IMG/VR virus record: IMGVR_UViG_3300020458_000003
DNA from: an uncultured virus (IMG/VR IMGVR_UViG_3300020458_000003)
Taxonomy: Duplodnaviria > Heunggongvirae > Uroviricota > Caudoviricetes
Strand: one strand, 5' to 3'
Length of the DNA: 64,000 nucleotides
The notes beneath the pieces were generated by a model. The model made no database searches. It saw nothing but the letters and a program-made list of their open reading frames with translations, and was not told the origin of the DNA. Each line of letters begins with the position of its first letter. The first letter of the stretch is position 1. Of the stretch, positions 36,884-46,980 are shown piece by piece. The translations under genes were made by a program, and so were the position numbers.

Positions 36884-39145
36884 TTAACAGACCGCGTATT
36901 GAATTATTTTGGCTAAAGGCTCATCGCAGAGGCCATGCCACGCGATCTCGTAATATACGTCTGTTTTCAGGGTTATTCCGGTAAGATTGCGGACCCCGGT
37001 AACGTCCATGGTGGTATCTACCCAGGCGCCACCGACTCTCTTGAAGATATCAAATGTCTGCGCGCTGCCGTCCTGGACATCAGCTTGTGGTTTTCCAAGC
37101 AACGGACCACGAGGAACACTGTCCGCATGCCACATGCCCTCGTAGTAAGACACATAGAACACTTCGCCGGCCAGGATTGCGCGATGATGGTCGACGTTGC
37201 TCCCGCCATTGCAGACCGTGATGTTTTCGTCGCTGTCAAACCCGTCGCACGTTCCGGTGTGATACCAAATGGAACACGTACCAGTTCCGTTTTGTGGTAT
37301 ATGGGCGTCCGCCTTCACTTTCCGATGGAGACCCTGTGGACCGATCATGACCCAGTCGTCGGTGTCGAGTTGCATCGCCCAGCCAAACTCGGACGTCAAT
37401 AAGCAGCAGTTGTCGTTGGCGTCCTGAACCCCAATATCAAGACCGCTGTCACTCCAGGCATTGGCAGCCCATGTGAATTTGTCGAAGGTCGTTTTGACTT
37501 GGTTTGGCTCAAAAAACACCTTGGCTTTTACGCGAACAATAGCCGAACCACTACCACCAGCTCCGGCGCTGCCATAACCAAGCGTCTCCCACCTTCCACT
37601 ATCTTCTCCGCGACGGACAAACAGCTTGTCACCAGAGTTAAAGCTGTCGACCCCAAAAGGCTCGTAGACAGTGACACCACAGTCGGTGTCTTCCGTCCAG
37701 CCAGCGCTCCAGGTCAGTTGATTGGCCGTTGCGCTTCCATTGGCTGCAAGGGCGGCTGTCAGCACCACCGGCAGGAGACCTTGCGGAGGTACTGCGGCAA
37801 TGTTATTCGTTAGCTGCTGCTCGGTGCCGAAATTTCCAGGCGGAGAGACTACCCGTGTTGTGTATCTCCTCGAATAGGACTCCGTGATCTTAACGTTTAG
37901 GTCGTCCTCGCCGCCTGAAATGATCGCTCCTATTTCTGGTCTCTCGTGCTCGCATCCAAAGGAATACATCGCGTGGTCGTCGTATCCGCTGAATGTCCAA
38001 TCTTTAATCCCAACCCACGTAATATCATGACGCGGAAAGCTAAATTGCAGATAGTAATCAGTGGCAATTTTGTCAGCCAAAGCGTCCAGCTCTACCTGAT
38101 TTTTGAACGTTGTTTCCGCGTCGTTATAGTTTGCCCACTGAGCAGAATGTATGGTTTTTATGCTTCCGGAAACTGACTTCAAAGGTAATGGAGACATTGA
38201 CGTGTGACGTGGCTTATACTCCTCCGCCGTGCGACTTGCTAGATAATAAGTGCGCTCAAAACGAGGTGCCCCACACGTTGCCTTCGGGAAAATTATTTGC
38301 AGTGTTTCCGGAATCGGGTCCTCTACATAAGGCCCACCTGCTGCCACAGCGTAGTTTTCTTCGTCTGGGGTTTCATGCGAATTAAGCTTAGTAGTGAGAA
38401 TGCTGTCTGGCCAATCGCGAGAATAAATAAAACCGCTAGGATCTCGACAAATTCTTTGATTGAGCGAATGCACAGTCGCATCTAAAATGACAGCAGCATT
38501 GTCGTACTTTCGGTTCAGCGTGAGGTGATCAGGATCCAGATAAGCGGCATCGGCCCTTGTGGTTGGCCAGCCGACATTCGTGGAAAGGATCGTGATGCCT
38601 AACTGAGTCTCCAGAGACGCGAAAAGGGCGTTCCAGGTAGATATAGATGCGGGCCCAAAATTGCGAAACTGCCAGAAGTACCGTTCGTCTACTAATGGCA
38701 GAAGCATCAGACGTTTGCGATCGCCTCGGCTCAAAGCCAGGGGATCGATCGACACTTGACGTGGCGGCAATAAATACATGTCCGCCACGATCGACTGTGT
38801 GTCTGAAATAATCGCCTTAAACTTTCTAGGTTGATCAATCTCAACGATCAGTGACAGGTAGTCTGAATAAGTACAAAGGAAATATCCCCTGGACCACCGC
38901 GCAGCACCAGTCGGCCAATACAGCTGATTTATCCGCAGCGGCGGGACCTTGGGGTAATTCGGAAGCGGCAACCCGACGTAGGCGTCACCGCGGTCACCGG
39001 TCCGTGAGTTAGTCCGATGGAGAGACTCTTCGATCTCTGTAATCATCCCGTTGATAGGATGGTACTTGTCGAAGAAATCCTGGGCGCCGTGATCGTGATC
39101 GTGAAGGAGAGGACGGCCGCCATAGCTGAGTTCTGGTGTTGCCAT
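36884..39145 (-). CDS. Tail tip/baseplate-like structural protein
   Basis: 753 aa in the tail region; no catalytic motif recognised. Confidence 0.55.
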   Translation of the reverse strand: MATPELSYGGRPLLHDHDHGAQDFFDKYHPINGMITEIEESLHRTNSRTGDRGDAYVGLPLPNYPKVPPLRINQLYWPTGAARWSRGYFLCTYSDYLSLIVEIDQPRKFKAIISDTQSIVADMYLLPPRQVSIDPLALSRGDRKRLMLLPLVDERYFWQFRNFGPASISTWNALFASLETQLGITILSTNVGWPTTRADAAYLDPDHLTLNRKYDNAAVILDATVHSLNQRICRDPSGFIYSRDWPDSILTTKLNSHETPDEENYAVAAGGPYVEDPIPETLQIIFPKATCGAPRFERTYYLASRTAEEYKPRHTSMSPLPLKSVSGSIKTIHSAQWANYNDAETTFKNQVELDALADKIATDYYLQFSFPRHDITWVGIKDWTFSGYDDHAMYSFGCEHERPEIGAIISGGEDDLNVKITESYSRRYTTRVVSPPGNFGTEQQLTNNIAAVPPQGLLPVVLTAALAANGSATANQLTWSAGWTEDTDCGVTVYEPFGVDSFNSGDKLFVRRGEDSGRWETLGYGSAGAGGSGSAIVRVKAKVFFEPNQVKTTFDKFTWAANAWSDSGLDIGVQDANDNCCLLTSEFGWAMQLDTDDWVMIGPQGLHRKVKADAHIPQNGTGTCSIWYHTGTCDGFDSDENITVCNGGSNVDHHRAILAGEVFYVSYYEGMWHADSVPRGPLLGKPQADVQDGSAQTFDIFKRVGGAWVDTTMDVTGVRNLTGITLKTDVYYEIAWHGLCDEPLAKIIQYAVC

Positions 39146-39149
39146 AGTA

Positions 39150-39180
39150 AAGAAGCCCGTCCGTAGACCGGACGGGCTCC
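39150..39180 (-). terminator. Intergenic hairpin/terminator
   Basis: GAGCCCGTCCG / CGGACGGGCTT stem plus TCTTT. Confidence 0.65.
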
Positions 39181-39219
39181 AAAGATCCTACGGTTGTTCT
39201 AAACGACCAGATTAACCGA

Positions 39220-40068
39220 TCAACCAGCGTTTCGGCTAATCGACTGCCCGTAGACAGTCAGCGCCTTGGCTGCGGACGCGCCGTCAGCTTCGACGCAGAT
39301 ATAGGGGATGAGGTCCGTCGTGTCCGTCAGGGCCGTTGTCGTGACAACCAGAGCCCCGTCTATGTAGATCGTCGCCAGTCTCGAAGAATCAATCGAAATG
39401 ACAATCTTATACTTCGTCGAAACGGCTACAGTCACAGCGCTCGCTGTGGTCGTGTCTGTACCGCCGATAGATGAGATGACTTGGAAAATACCAGAGGCCA
39501 CATCGTCTTCGTAGCGAACAAAGACTTGATTGTTATCGGTCGCCACAACGTTAGTGTTGGTCAGCTTCAGGCCAGCCCAGATAATCGCGTTTGTGATGTT
39601 CGCGCCGGTCTTGATGGTGCACGACCATGCAGTCTCTTTATCTGTCCCCCATGTGAACTGGGTCCACGGGGACTGATTGGCATCCAAGTGGGGGGCCAGG
39701 AACATTCCGTCGCCGTCGGCACCGGCCGTAGTCAGGTCAAGACCGCCTTCGGCGTTGTAGGTGCAAAGTGCCGACGTGCCGTTCGTCCCAAGGATTTCGA
39801 AGTCAGGATCGGCAATCATCCGGACCGCTTCCGTGGCGCTAAGAATGTCAGCATTGATTCCTGGCTTTCCACGGGCGCCAGCGACCCAGTCAAGCTGCAC
39901 CCGATCTCCGGCGCTTTCCGCTCCTCCAAGCCATTGTGTACCGTCCGATACCATGTATTGTCGACTTCGAAGGTCGTAGAACCTCTGCCCGGGCTCAGTT
40001 CCCGATATGGTCGGTCGAGTTACCGGGGTCCCCGAAATGTCGTGTCCGTGTTCCACTATCGTGGCCAT
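39220..40068 (-). CDS. Virion structural protein (lectin-like fold, tentative)
   Basis: 282 aa, Thr-rich; KYKIVISIDSSRLATIYIDG. Confidence 0.6.
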   Translation of the reverse strand: MATIVEHGHDISGTPVTRPTISGTEPGQRFYDLRSRQYMVSDGTQWLGGAESAGDRVQLDWVAGARGKPGINADILSATEAVRMIADPDFEILGTNGTSALCTYNAEGGLDLTTAGADGDGMFLAPHLDANQSPWTQFTWGTDKETAWSCTIKTGANITNAIIWAGLKLTNTNVVATDNNQVFVRYEDDVASGIFQVISSIGGTDTTTASAVTVAVSTKYKIVISIDSSRLATIYIDGALVVTTTALTDTTDLIPYICVEADGASAAKALTVYGQSISRNAG

Positions 40069-40099
40069 ACTGCTATCCCTTTCGATTGAACGTTGAACA

Positions 40100-40143
40100 C
40101 AAAAAAACCCCCTCGGAAAACACCAGAGGAGGTCGTATACCGA
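40100..40143 (-). terminator. Rho-independent terminator
   Basis: ACCTCCTCTGG / CCGAGGGGGT stem plus T-tract. Confidence 0.7.
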
Positions 40144-40203
40144 ACGGTGCCTGTGCCGGTAAGACCCCTCAGAATACCAAGGAAGAGTAAAAACGGCAAA
40201 CGC

Positions 40204-40554
40204 TTAGCGAGTAACCTCTGGAGGTTCAACAGTGGGTGCCGTCTCAGCTGCAACAGGTTCCAATTCGGGTTCGGGTTCGGGTTCCAATTCGGGTTCGGGT
40301 TCGGGTTCGGGTTCGGGTTCGGGTTCCAATTCGGGTTCGGGTTCGGGTTCGGGTTCGGGTTCGGGTTCGGGTTCGGGTTCGGGTTCGGGTTCGGGTTCGG
40401 GTTCGACTGGCTCCCCAAGACTTCCAAATCGGCTATCCACCTTCTGGCCAATTACGGCCAACAAGGCGAGCTTGCTCCCAGCGTCCAGTTCTGCCGTATC
40501 GAGTTTTTCAATCCAGAGGTCAGACGCCGCTAGTATTTGTCCCTTGATTCCCAT
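40204..40554 (-). CDS. Small protein with (EP)n tract
   Basis: GAGGA RBS; encoded over a hexamer repeat. Confidence 0.65.
   Translation of the reverse strand: MGIKGQILAASDLWIEKLDTAELDAGSKLALLAVIGQKVDSRFGSLGEPVEPEPEPEPEPEPEPEPEPEPEPEPELEPEPEPEPEPEPELEPEPEPELEPVAAETAPTVEPPEVTR
40255..40405. repeat. (GGGTTC)n hexamer microsatellite with two CAATTC interruptions
   Basis: Read directly. Confidence 0.97.
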
Positions 40555-40601
40555 GTAACCGTCCTCATGAAAAAATAAGTGATTTCCGATTCATTCTCCC
40601 G

Positions 40602-41108
40602 TTAACCCATGTCCCAGTCAAACTTAGCTTCGAACACGACCGTGGCATAGCCAGCTTCGCGGTCGTCTCGCGGCGGGACAGTGGCGGAAAGAGGGTGTAA
40701 CGCCTGGGACAGCTGCTCGTTTGACGATCCGTCCTGCAAATCATGGTCCCCCAGTGCTTTCAGGATACTCCGGACAATTGGAAACGCCCCGAGGGTGGCA
40801 TGTCGCAGATAGCTGTCGTCTCGCCCTGTTTCATCTTTTTGCTGCGTAATGTGAACCGTAACGGTCAACTGCATGGTTGTGTTGAGGGAGTCAAGCCCAG
40901 CACCAACAAATAGACCGTAGTCAAAAGAAAGGTTTTGACCCGGAGAAATTTCAAACATGACCTCGTCAGGATTCGGTGGAAGCTCCTCCGGAATTGTCGA
41001 GATGTATGTATTGTCAGCTGTAGCCGCTGTAATACTGGCTATCAGTCGAGTCTTGACCGAATTCAAGATGTCTTCAGGCCGGTTCGTGTTGTCGGATTCT
41101 CGTCCCAT
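40602..41108 (-). CDS. Tail completion/terminator-like protein (tentative)
   Basis: Size, sequence pattern and position in the tail operon. Confidence 0.45.
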   Translation of the reverse strand: MGRESDNTNRPEDILNSVKTRLIASITAATADNTYISTIPEELPPNPDEVMFEISPGQNLSFDYGLFVGAGLDSLNTTMQLTVTVHITQQKDETGRDDSYLRHATLGAFPIVRSILKALGDHDLQDGSSNEQLSQALHPLSATVPPRDDREAGYATVVFEAKFDWDMG

Positions 41109-41113
41109 GCGAA

Positions 41114-42751
41114 TTAGGAGATAAGTGAGTCTGCTTGAGTCTCTCCGCCAGCACTGTTGCTCGGAATGAGGAGGTCCTTGCTGCGGAGTCCGTAAATCCT
41201 ATTTGCCCATTCATGCAGGGCGCCCGCCCTGTCATTGGTGACAGGAAGCGTTATTAAGTCGTCAACTTCCCATCGCAGCGGCCCCGTAAATAGCGATGCG
41301 GACAGACCACCTATATACAACTCATCCATCGGGACGAGACAGACCTCATCCATGAAAATACTAGTCCCAGCAGAAACTGCTGTTGAGATACGAATCCTTA
41401 AATACACCGTATCAGGAATCGTAAGTGGTGTCCGAAATACACCCGCCTGATGTGTGAATGCCGAATTACTAATAGCTGTGGCATCAATCGTGTAGGAATT
41501 CGCCGTCGACTGTTTGTCGTTAATGACCGTTCCCGTGACGCTTTCAACGAGGTCGACAGTAAACACGCCGGCAGCAGGAACCACATCAGCCTTCATCCAA
41601 ATGCTGCAAGCATATTGCGATGCCTTATCCAGGACAACCGGAACCAATACAGTGGTTGTTTCTGAACCGTTAGAATCGAACTCCAAAGATCGCGCCCCTT
41701 GCATGACGTGCGCGCTGCCTGCCGTAGTGGTCGCGTGTGCTATAGACCCGCTGGTTGTGTTGTCAATGCTCGTCAACTGGCCAGGACTCGGAACGCCTGT
41801 GAACGTAATAGTGTGCGTAAAGTCCGGCGATGTTCCTGTCGTCACATTGGTAATGCTCCCTAGCCCTGTCAATGCCCTCAATGCTGACTGCACGTCTGAC
41901 TGGCTGGCGTTGTAGGCGAGAGGCGCAGTGCTCTGGGTATTGGAATCACCATCGACCCATTGAAGAATGTAATGACCCGCGCTTGGTGTGGACGATATAA
42001 TTACCGTCTGAACTTCGACCGGTGTAATCTTTAGAGTCGTGCCCAGAGTGGCTGTTTGCGCTAACCACCCCTGTGGGACATGCGGCGAAGTGGTGTCATC
42101 ATCAGCCGTTTCAATACCGCCGTTAGTAACAAGGTTGCTTCCGCTAGACGACATGTGACTGGTAAGTGAGCTGGACACTCCAGACCCCTTCGGCCAGTCG
42201 TAATTCAGAATCGGCGTTGCCACCTCTCCGTTGACATCGAGAGATGCTAGGCCACTGATCGGACTGTCAGTGATCTTACATTCAATGTGTTCCGCTAGGA
42301 TATGCTCATTTACCAGACCGTCTCCTCGCTTTGTGGAAATTAAAACTTTGCCTGTTCCGACGTTACTTCCTCCGTAACTGGGGGTACACCCTGGACTCGA
42401 TGCGTCCAACGACTGTGATGCGGCATTCATCTGTTTTATCAGTTCCGCCAGGGCATCATCGATCCCGTCAGATGGCTGTTGATTGTCCGCTTTGATTGTC
42501 TCAATCAAGTCGATAATCATGGCAGACACAACACAGCTCGACTGCGCAGGTGCGAATGCCGCCTGAAACGATCGGAGCCCGGGCAAAACCCTAGCCCTCC
42601 CTTTCTCTTTGGCGATAGCATTCGACCCCCCCATTGACTGGATTGCATCCTCTATCTCAGCTTCTATCGTTGCCGCGGCTGTTTGCATCGTGTTGCCGGC
42701 GAAAGAAAACTTCCCAAACACTGTCCAGAACGTTGTGAAATTTATGGCCAT
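41114..42751 (-). CDS. Tail structural protein with carbohydrate-binding-like domain
   Basis: NLVTNGGIE; EVQTV...STAPLAYNASQSDVQSALRAL insert; IFMDEVCL. Confidence 0.65.
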   Translation of the reverse strand: MAINFTTFWTVFGKFSFAGNTMQTAAATIEAEIEDAIQSMGGSNAIAKEKGRARVLPGLRSFQAAFAPAQSSCVVSAMIIDLIETIKADNQQPSDGIDDALAELIKQMNAASQSLDASSPGCTPSYGGSNVGTGKVLISTKRGDGLVNEHILAEHIECKITDSPISGLASLDVNGEVATPILNYDWPKGSGVSSSLTSHMSSSGSNLVTNGGIETADDDTTSPHVPQGWLAQTATLGTTLKITPVEVQTVIISSTPSAGHYILQWVDGDSNTQSTAPLAYNASQSDVQSALRALTGLGSITNVTTGTSPDFTHTITFTGVPSPGQLTSIDNTTSGSIAHATTTAGSAHVMQGARSLEFDSNGSETTTVLVPVVLDKASQYACSIWMKADVVPAAGVFTVDLVESVTGTVINDKQSTANSYTIDATAISNSAFTHQAGVFRTPLTIPDTVYLRIRISTAVSAGTSIFMDEVCLVPMDELYIGGLSASLFTGPLRWEVDDLITLPVTNDRAGALHEWANRIYGLRSKDLLIPSNSAGGETQADSLIS

Positions 42752-44541
42752 TATGTCTCCGCCTTCACACCTTCGGTCAAAATTCCAGAAGCAGATTTGA
42801 ACGCGGTAGCTGGAATAACAAAAATGTCACTTTCGCCATCCTTCGACTTTCGGTAGGGCAGCAGCGCAGCGGGGATCTCCCCCTTGGAGTAGTCCGGCCG
42901 CCGCGACAGACCAAATCGCAACTCATACCTGACGTGATACAACGTCTTGCGGCCATCCGCGCTTAGCAATGGCGCTGAAGGGTAGATTTTTTCGCTTAAC
43001 AAGCTGTGGTTAATCTTGCTTGTGGTGTCTACAAAATCTTTCGGCTCTGGAAGTGTAGGCCAAGCTTCCAGCCTCTCGGCGTCAATGCGAATGACTCGTT
43101 CTGTGACCCCTTGATGCAGAGAAATAAAGGCCACTGAAGGGTCTGTTGGAACCTTCCGTAGCCCAAGAGGCATCTGAATCACACCTAAATCAGTAGTAAT
43201 GTCCGACGACATCTTATAGACGTTATAAGCAGAAGCCATATGTTCATCCGAGTAACCCGAGTCAGATGCCTGCAGCTCCTCTCCCTGGTCGACGACCTCC
43301 ACCGAGGCGTTAGATCGTTGCGTTTCTTTCCCTTGCGAGGATGGGCTATCACCAGGAAACCCAAAAACATGACACGGATCGTTCAGAAACGCTAGAAAAA
43401 GACCTTTGAGCGTTGCGGTCTGAGAACCAATGACAGCTTTGGTGTGATCATACCCGGCCAACCGCACTGCCCCGTCATCTAAAGGCAAGCCAAACGTATT
43501 GTTGAGGTCAGCGACATTCCACAGCTTTATATCGGCGTCATCCCCAATAAGTTTGACCGTCGCATTTGCTTCCACCTCATTCTTTTCAAAAATCTCCTTA
43601 TAAGAAGCGTACTGCAGCCAGCTCTGCTTCAATCGCCGCAAGTCTTCATAGTGCAATTTCGCGATCATGATCTTTTGCGCAAGCTGCATCAATGCGCGCT
43701 TCGGGACGTTGTTAGGCGCCTTGAGTCGGACGTGAATACTGGACGTAAGTACGGCACCGCCAGGTTCTGGACTCGTGATGCTGTGATAGCCACTCCATTC
43801 CGTCGCTGGAGCAGGCGCGACCGCCCATTGCTCCTGGTCTGTAATCGAAAACTCCAGCTCAAGACCATCGGTAGATTGATTCAGTGTAATCTTCCGCCGC
43901 TTGAAGGCCCTTTGAAGAGCAGGAAATCGGTAATTCCTCCGTAATTCAAGCAGGACATTTTTGCTTAAGTCAGCGACCCGTATACGACCGTGATAAACCC
44001 TAGTTGTGGTCCAGTCCGCACAGTCGATATCCTCAGCAATCCAAAAACGGAAACTAATAACACCTCCGGGCTGTTGGCCTGGTTCAGAGCAATATGGGAG
44101 ACACATGGTGATCCCGAACTGAATCCGCATGCTCTGGGCGCTGACAATATCTAAAACCTTGACAGTTGTTACAGGACCGTGGTTTACATCAAGTTGATTC
44201 TGTGGAAGTCGTCCGGCCCCCTGAGAGTGAATTCCTGGTCGAGTGTGTCCTGCAGCGACGTCAAACAGCACACCGTCTCCGACGGTCATTTCGAAGTGGC
44301 GTCGCGGCTGCATTAGACGTTCAATAACTTGGTTGTAGCCCGAGGCAAGCGTCCCTGCTGACCCAAGGTTCAGCCCGAGACCATCCACGTTACTCATGTG
44401 GAACAAAGTTGTCACGGACACGTGAACCTTGACGTAGAGCGGATCGACTCCAGTCGGCTCTTTTACAAGCTGCTGGTCAATAGACTCTGTCAGGACATCC
44501 CGGAGTGTGATGCCATTGTAAGAGATGTTGGTTTCAGGCAT
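42751..44541 (-). CDS. Tail protein following the tape measure
   Basis: 596 aa; start overlaps the upstream stop. Confidence 0.55.
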   Translation of the reverse strand: MPETNISYNGITLRDVLTESIDQQLVKEPTGVDPLYVKVHVSVTTLFHMSNVDGLGLNLGSAGTLASGYNQVIERLMQPRRHFEMTVGDGVLFDVAAGHTRPGIHSQGAGRLPQNQLDVNHGPVTTVKVLDIVSAQSMRIQFGITMCLPYCSEPGQQPGGVISFRFWIAEDIDCADWTTTRVYHGRIRVADLSKNVLLELRRNYRFPALQRAFKRRKITLNQSTDGLELEFSITDQEQWAVAPAPATEWSGYHSITSPEPGGAVLTSSIHVRLKAPNNVPKRALMQLAQKIMIAKLHYEDLRRLKQSWLQYASYKEIFEKNEVEANATVKLIGDDADIKLWNVADLNNTFGLPLDDGAVRLAGYDHTKAVIGSQTATLKGLFLAFLNDPCHVFGFPGDSPSSQGKETQRSNASVEVVDQGEELQASDSGYSDEHMASAYNVYKMSSDITTDLGVIQMPLGLRKVPTDPSVAFISLHQGVTERVIRIDAERLEAWPTLPEPKDFVDTTSKINHSLLSEKIYPSAPLLSADGRKTLYHVRYELRFGLSRRPDYSKGEIPAALLPYRKSKDGESDIFVIPATAFKSASGILTEGVKAET

Positions 44542-46223
44542 TAAAGGTATGTTGGTCGCTTTGTTGTCGTGTCCGATTTTCCGGTTTTTGGGTCGATTCC
44601 GGCACGTAAAAAGTGATCAAACACCGCATCACCCGGCGTCGGACCGCCGCTGCCGGTAACCCAGTCGGATAGCAGTTCCAATAGGGAAACAAGTGCGCCG
44701 GCCGAGAGACTTGAATACTTTACCTGATCCTTTAAACCCAAAAGAGTCGTTTTGAAACCCCACGCCATGTTACCCAAAATTTCAACAACAGTTGTCGCAA
44801 TAACATTAAGTGCGATTGTGACTGTATCACGAATCGGCTGCAATTCATCCTTTAAATCACTGAGTGATTTCACCAATGCGGCCTGTGATGCACCGATGCG
44901 GCCTCCACTTCCGATATTTCGCATAATATCGGCGCGTTCGGATTGCAGATATGCCCCAGCGATGACTGCGTTGTAGCGTACGAGATGTTGCTTTGAATCC
45001 TTTAAGCTCTCCGTCCAATCGAGTACCGCCCCTGGAAGCTCGATTGCAGTATCGAAAAGGCTCTTGAAGACGGTCGTGAGCTTGGTAACAGGTCCAGTGA
45101 ACGGATTTATGACTGCGCCGGCGGTCTTCATCCCCCGGGTTACAAAATGTCCCATCTTGTCGGAGGCTGATGTTGCATCTCGTCCACCGAAAAACCCAGT
45201 GAGGTTGCTCCTCCTGCCGGGCATCTGTGGGCGCCCTGGATTCAGGTATCCAGCAACCCCTCCAGCGGTCCCGCCAGCGGCCATGCCTTGAGCAAAATCT
45301 ACAGCAAAGTTCGACCATCCCTGGCTGGATGGACCAGAGCCACCTGCCCCGCCAGGACGGCCACCACCACCTGCTCCACCACCGATGAGATTTCTAACGG
45401 TCTCCGCCCAACCGCCAGGACGTCCGCCGCCGCCTGCCCCGCCAGGACGTCCGCCGCCGCCTGCCCCGCCAGGACGGCCACCGCCACCTGCCCCGCCAGG
45501 ACGGCCACCACCACCGGCTCCACCACCGAAGAGATTTCCAACGGTCTCCGCCCAACCGCCAAGACGGCCACCACCACCTGACGAGCCTCCACCGCCCCGT
45601 GGCGATGGTCCTCCGACAACTGGAGGAACTGCTCCGCCTGGCGTTGGTTGGCTCCCGAGCCAGTCCCCGACGATGTCGTGGACCGTTCTTCCTCCCGGTG
45701 CCTTTCCAGAACTAATCGGAGGCTGTGGCAGTGGCTTTCCCGACAGTGTCGGAACATTCCAGCTACGGCCGCCCTTACCTGCCATGTCGAATACTGGCGA
45801 CTTTGTTACGGACTTAGCAGCCTTCGCGCCGCCCCTCCCGTATTTAAACGCTTTTGTCGCGTCACCAGCGTACGGAACGAAGCCCGAAACCGCCGAAATA
45901 GCAGCGTTTGTTAGGTGCTTATTCCTCTCTTCTGGACTGTCAGATTTCGCGGCGCGAAAAAGAGAAATGATGCCGTTAATACTGTCAACAACTGGAGTGG
46001 GGTCAAGAACCCCAGCGATATCGAGACCGAACTGCAGCGTGTCGATGCCAGGAGATTTGTCGCCATCAGCCGGACCCTGCGAGAGCATGTCCGACATCTT
46101 CGAGGCAGCGTCCTCACCTCCAGATGGCTTACCGCCTTTGCTGGACATCAAGGCGCTTGCAATATTAGGCCCATATTGGGCAGCTAGTTTTTTCAGCGAC
46201 TGAGCGAGAGGGGGATTGGCCAT
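44541..46223 (-). CDS. Tape-measure-position protein with a pre-toxin TG-like N-terminal domain and Gly-rich repeats
   Basis: Directly after the frameshifted chaperone pair; helical C-terminal half; LQFGLDIAGVLDPTPVVDSING...VPYAGDATK. Confidence 0.65.
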   Translation of the reverse strand: MANPPLAQSLKKLAAQYGPNIASALMSSKGGKPSGGEDAASKMSDMLSQGPADGDKSPGIDTLQFGLDIAGVLDPTPVVDSINGIISLFRAAKSDSPEERNKHLTNAAISAVSGFVPYAGDATKAFKYGRGGAKAAKSVTKSPVFDMAGKGGRSWNVPTLSGKPLPQPPISSGKAPGGRTVHDIVGDWLGSQPTPGGAVPPVVGGPSPRGGGGSSGGGGRLGGWAETVGNLFGGGAGGGGRPGGAGGGGRPGGAGGGGRPGGAGGGGRPGGWAETVRNLIGGGAGGGGRPGGAGGSGPSSQGWSNFAVDFAQGMAAGGTAGGVAGYLNPGRPQMPGRRSNLTGFFGGRDATSASDKMGHFVTRGMKTAGAVINPFTGPVTKLTTVFKSLFDTAIELPGAVLDWTESLKDSKQHLVRYNAVIAGAYLQSERADIMRNIGSGGRIGASQAALVKSLSDLKDELQPIRDTVTIALNVIATTVVEILGNMAWGFKTTLLGLKDQVKYSSLSAGALVSLLELLSDWVTGSGGPTPGDAVFDHFLRAGIDPKTGKSDTTTKRPTYL

Positions 46224-46528
46224 TAAAAGTCGCCGCCCCCTTTGCCGACCTGGCTCATGCCATCGGCCTGTTTCTTCTTTGCCGTGAAATACTCATAGGC
46301 AGCGTCTGCCTCTTCCTGAGTATTTGAAGTCGCTTCGAAGAACGACTTATCGATTGACCCGCCTATAGCTGTACCGATCGCTTCGACGATACTTGCGGAT
46401 CTTCTCTTGTCGGTCCTGGACTGGTTGAGGATGAGTCCGACTCTGAGTTCGTGTGTGAGCTCTCCTCGGGGGATAATGTCGAGTCCGTAGGTGCTGACTG
46501 CATCGGCAGTGGATCTTGCTTTTTTTTT
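46223..46528 (-). CDS. Tail assembly chaperone, frameshifted (gpGT-like) segment
   Basis: -1 frame entered at ATA AAA AAA AAG (46519-46530); ends at the tape-measure start. Confidence 0.8.
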   Translation of the reverse strand, partial: KKKARSTADAVSTYGLDIIPRGELTHELRVGLILNQSRTDKRRSASIVEAIGTAIGGSIDKSFFEATSNTQEEADAAYEYFTAKKKQADGMSQVGKGGGDF

Positions 46529-46854
46529 ATCGCATCCATGTATCGCATGAAGGACCATAGCAATTCGAGTGTCTCATTGATCGTGAGACCGCCGCCATTT
46601 TCAACCCACGGAGCAACACCGAACATCCTACGGGTCATATTCAGAACACGATCCTGAGCCGTAGGGTCGTATTCAATCAGACTGCCGTCATGACCGACCC
46701 CCGTGGCTGGACCAAAGTCTTCGTCAGGAGAGCATTCAGGATCCTCCCACATACTCCGCCAGCTAAGAAGCGGGTCGATGCTTCTCTTTTTTTGGCCGTC
46801 CCAGTAACGGAATAACTGACGATTATGCTCCCTGAAATGCCCGAATAGTTTCAT
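46363..46854 (-). CDS. Tail assembly chaperone (gpG-like)
   Basis: Between the tail tube and tape measure; ..AIKKK at an A9G slippery site. Confidence 0.8.
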   Translation of the reverse strand: MKLFGHFREHNRQLFRYWDGQKKRSIDPLLSWRSMWEDPECSPDEDFGPATGVGHDGSLIEYDPTAQDRVLNMTRRMFGVAPWVENGGGLTINETLELLWSFMRYMDAIKKKQDPLPMQSAPTDSTLSPEESSHTNSESDSSSTSPGPTREDPQVSSKRSVQL

Positions 46855-46980
46855 GTAGTCACTTATGGGATGGCGCCTGGAGTACCCTCATTTTGATGTT
46901 AGCGGTCGAGCCGCTTTGCAATAGTAAAATACAGCGCCGGTACGTCTGCTGTCAAAAGGAGGGGCATCATGCGCCACCAT

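Noticed and set aside
40056..40558. Alternative-frame (NP)n, (GF)n, (SG)n and (RV)n ORFs
   Set aside because: Products of the hexamer repeat; only the (EP)n frame has an RBS and fits the operon.
45385..46203. Pro-rich plus-strand ORF
   Set aside because: Antisense to the Gly-rich tape-measure-position gene.
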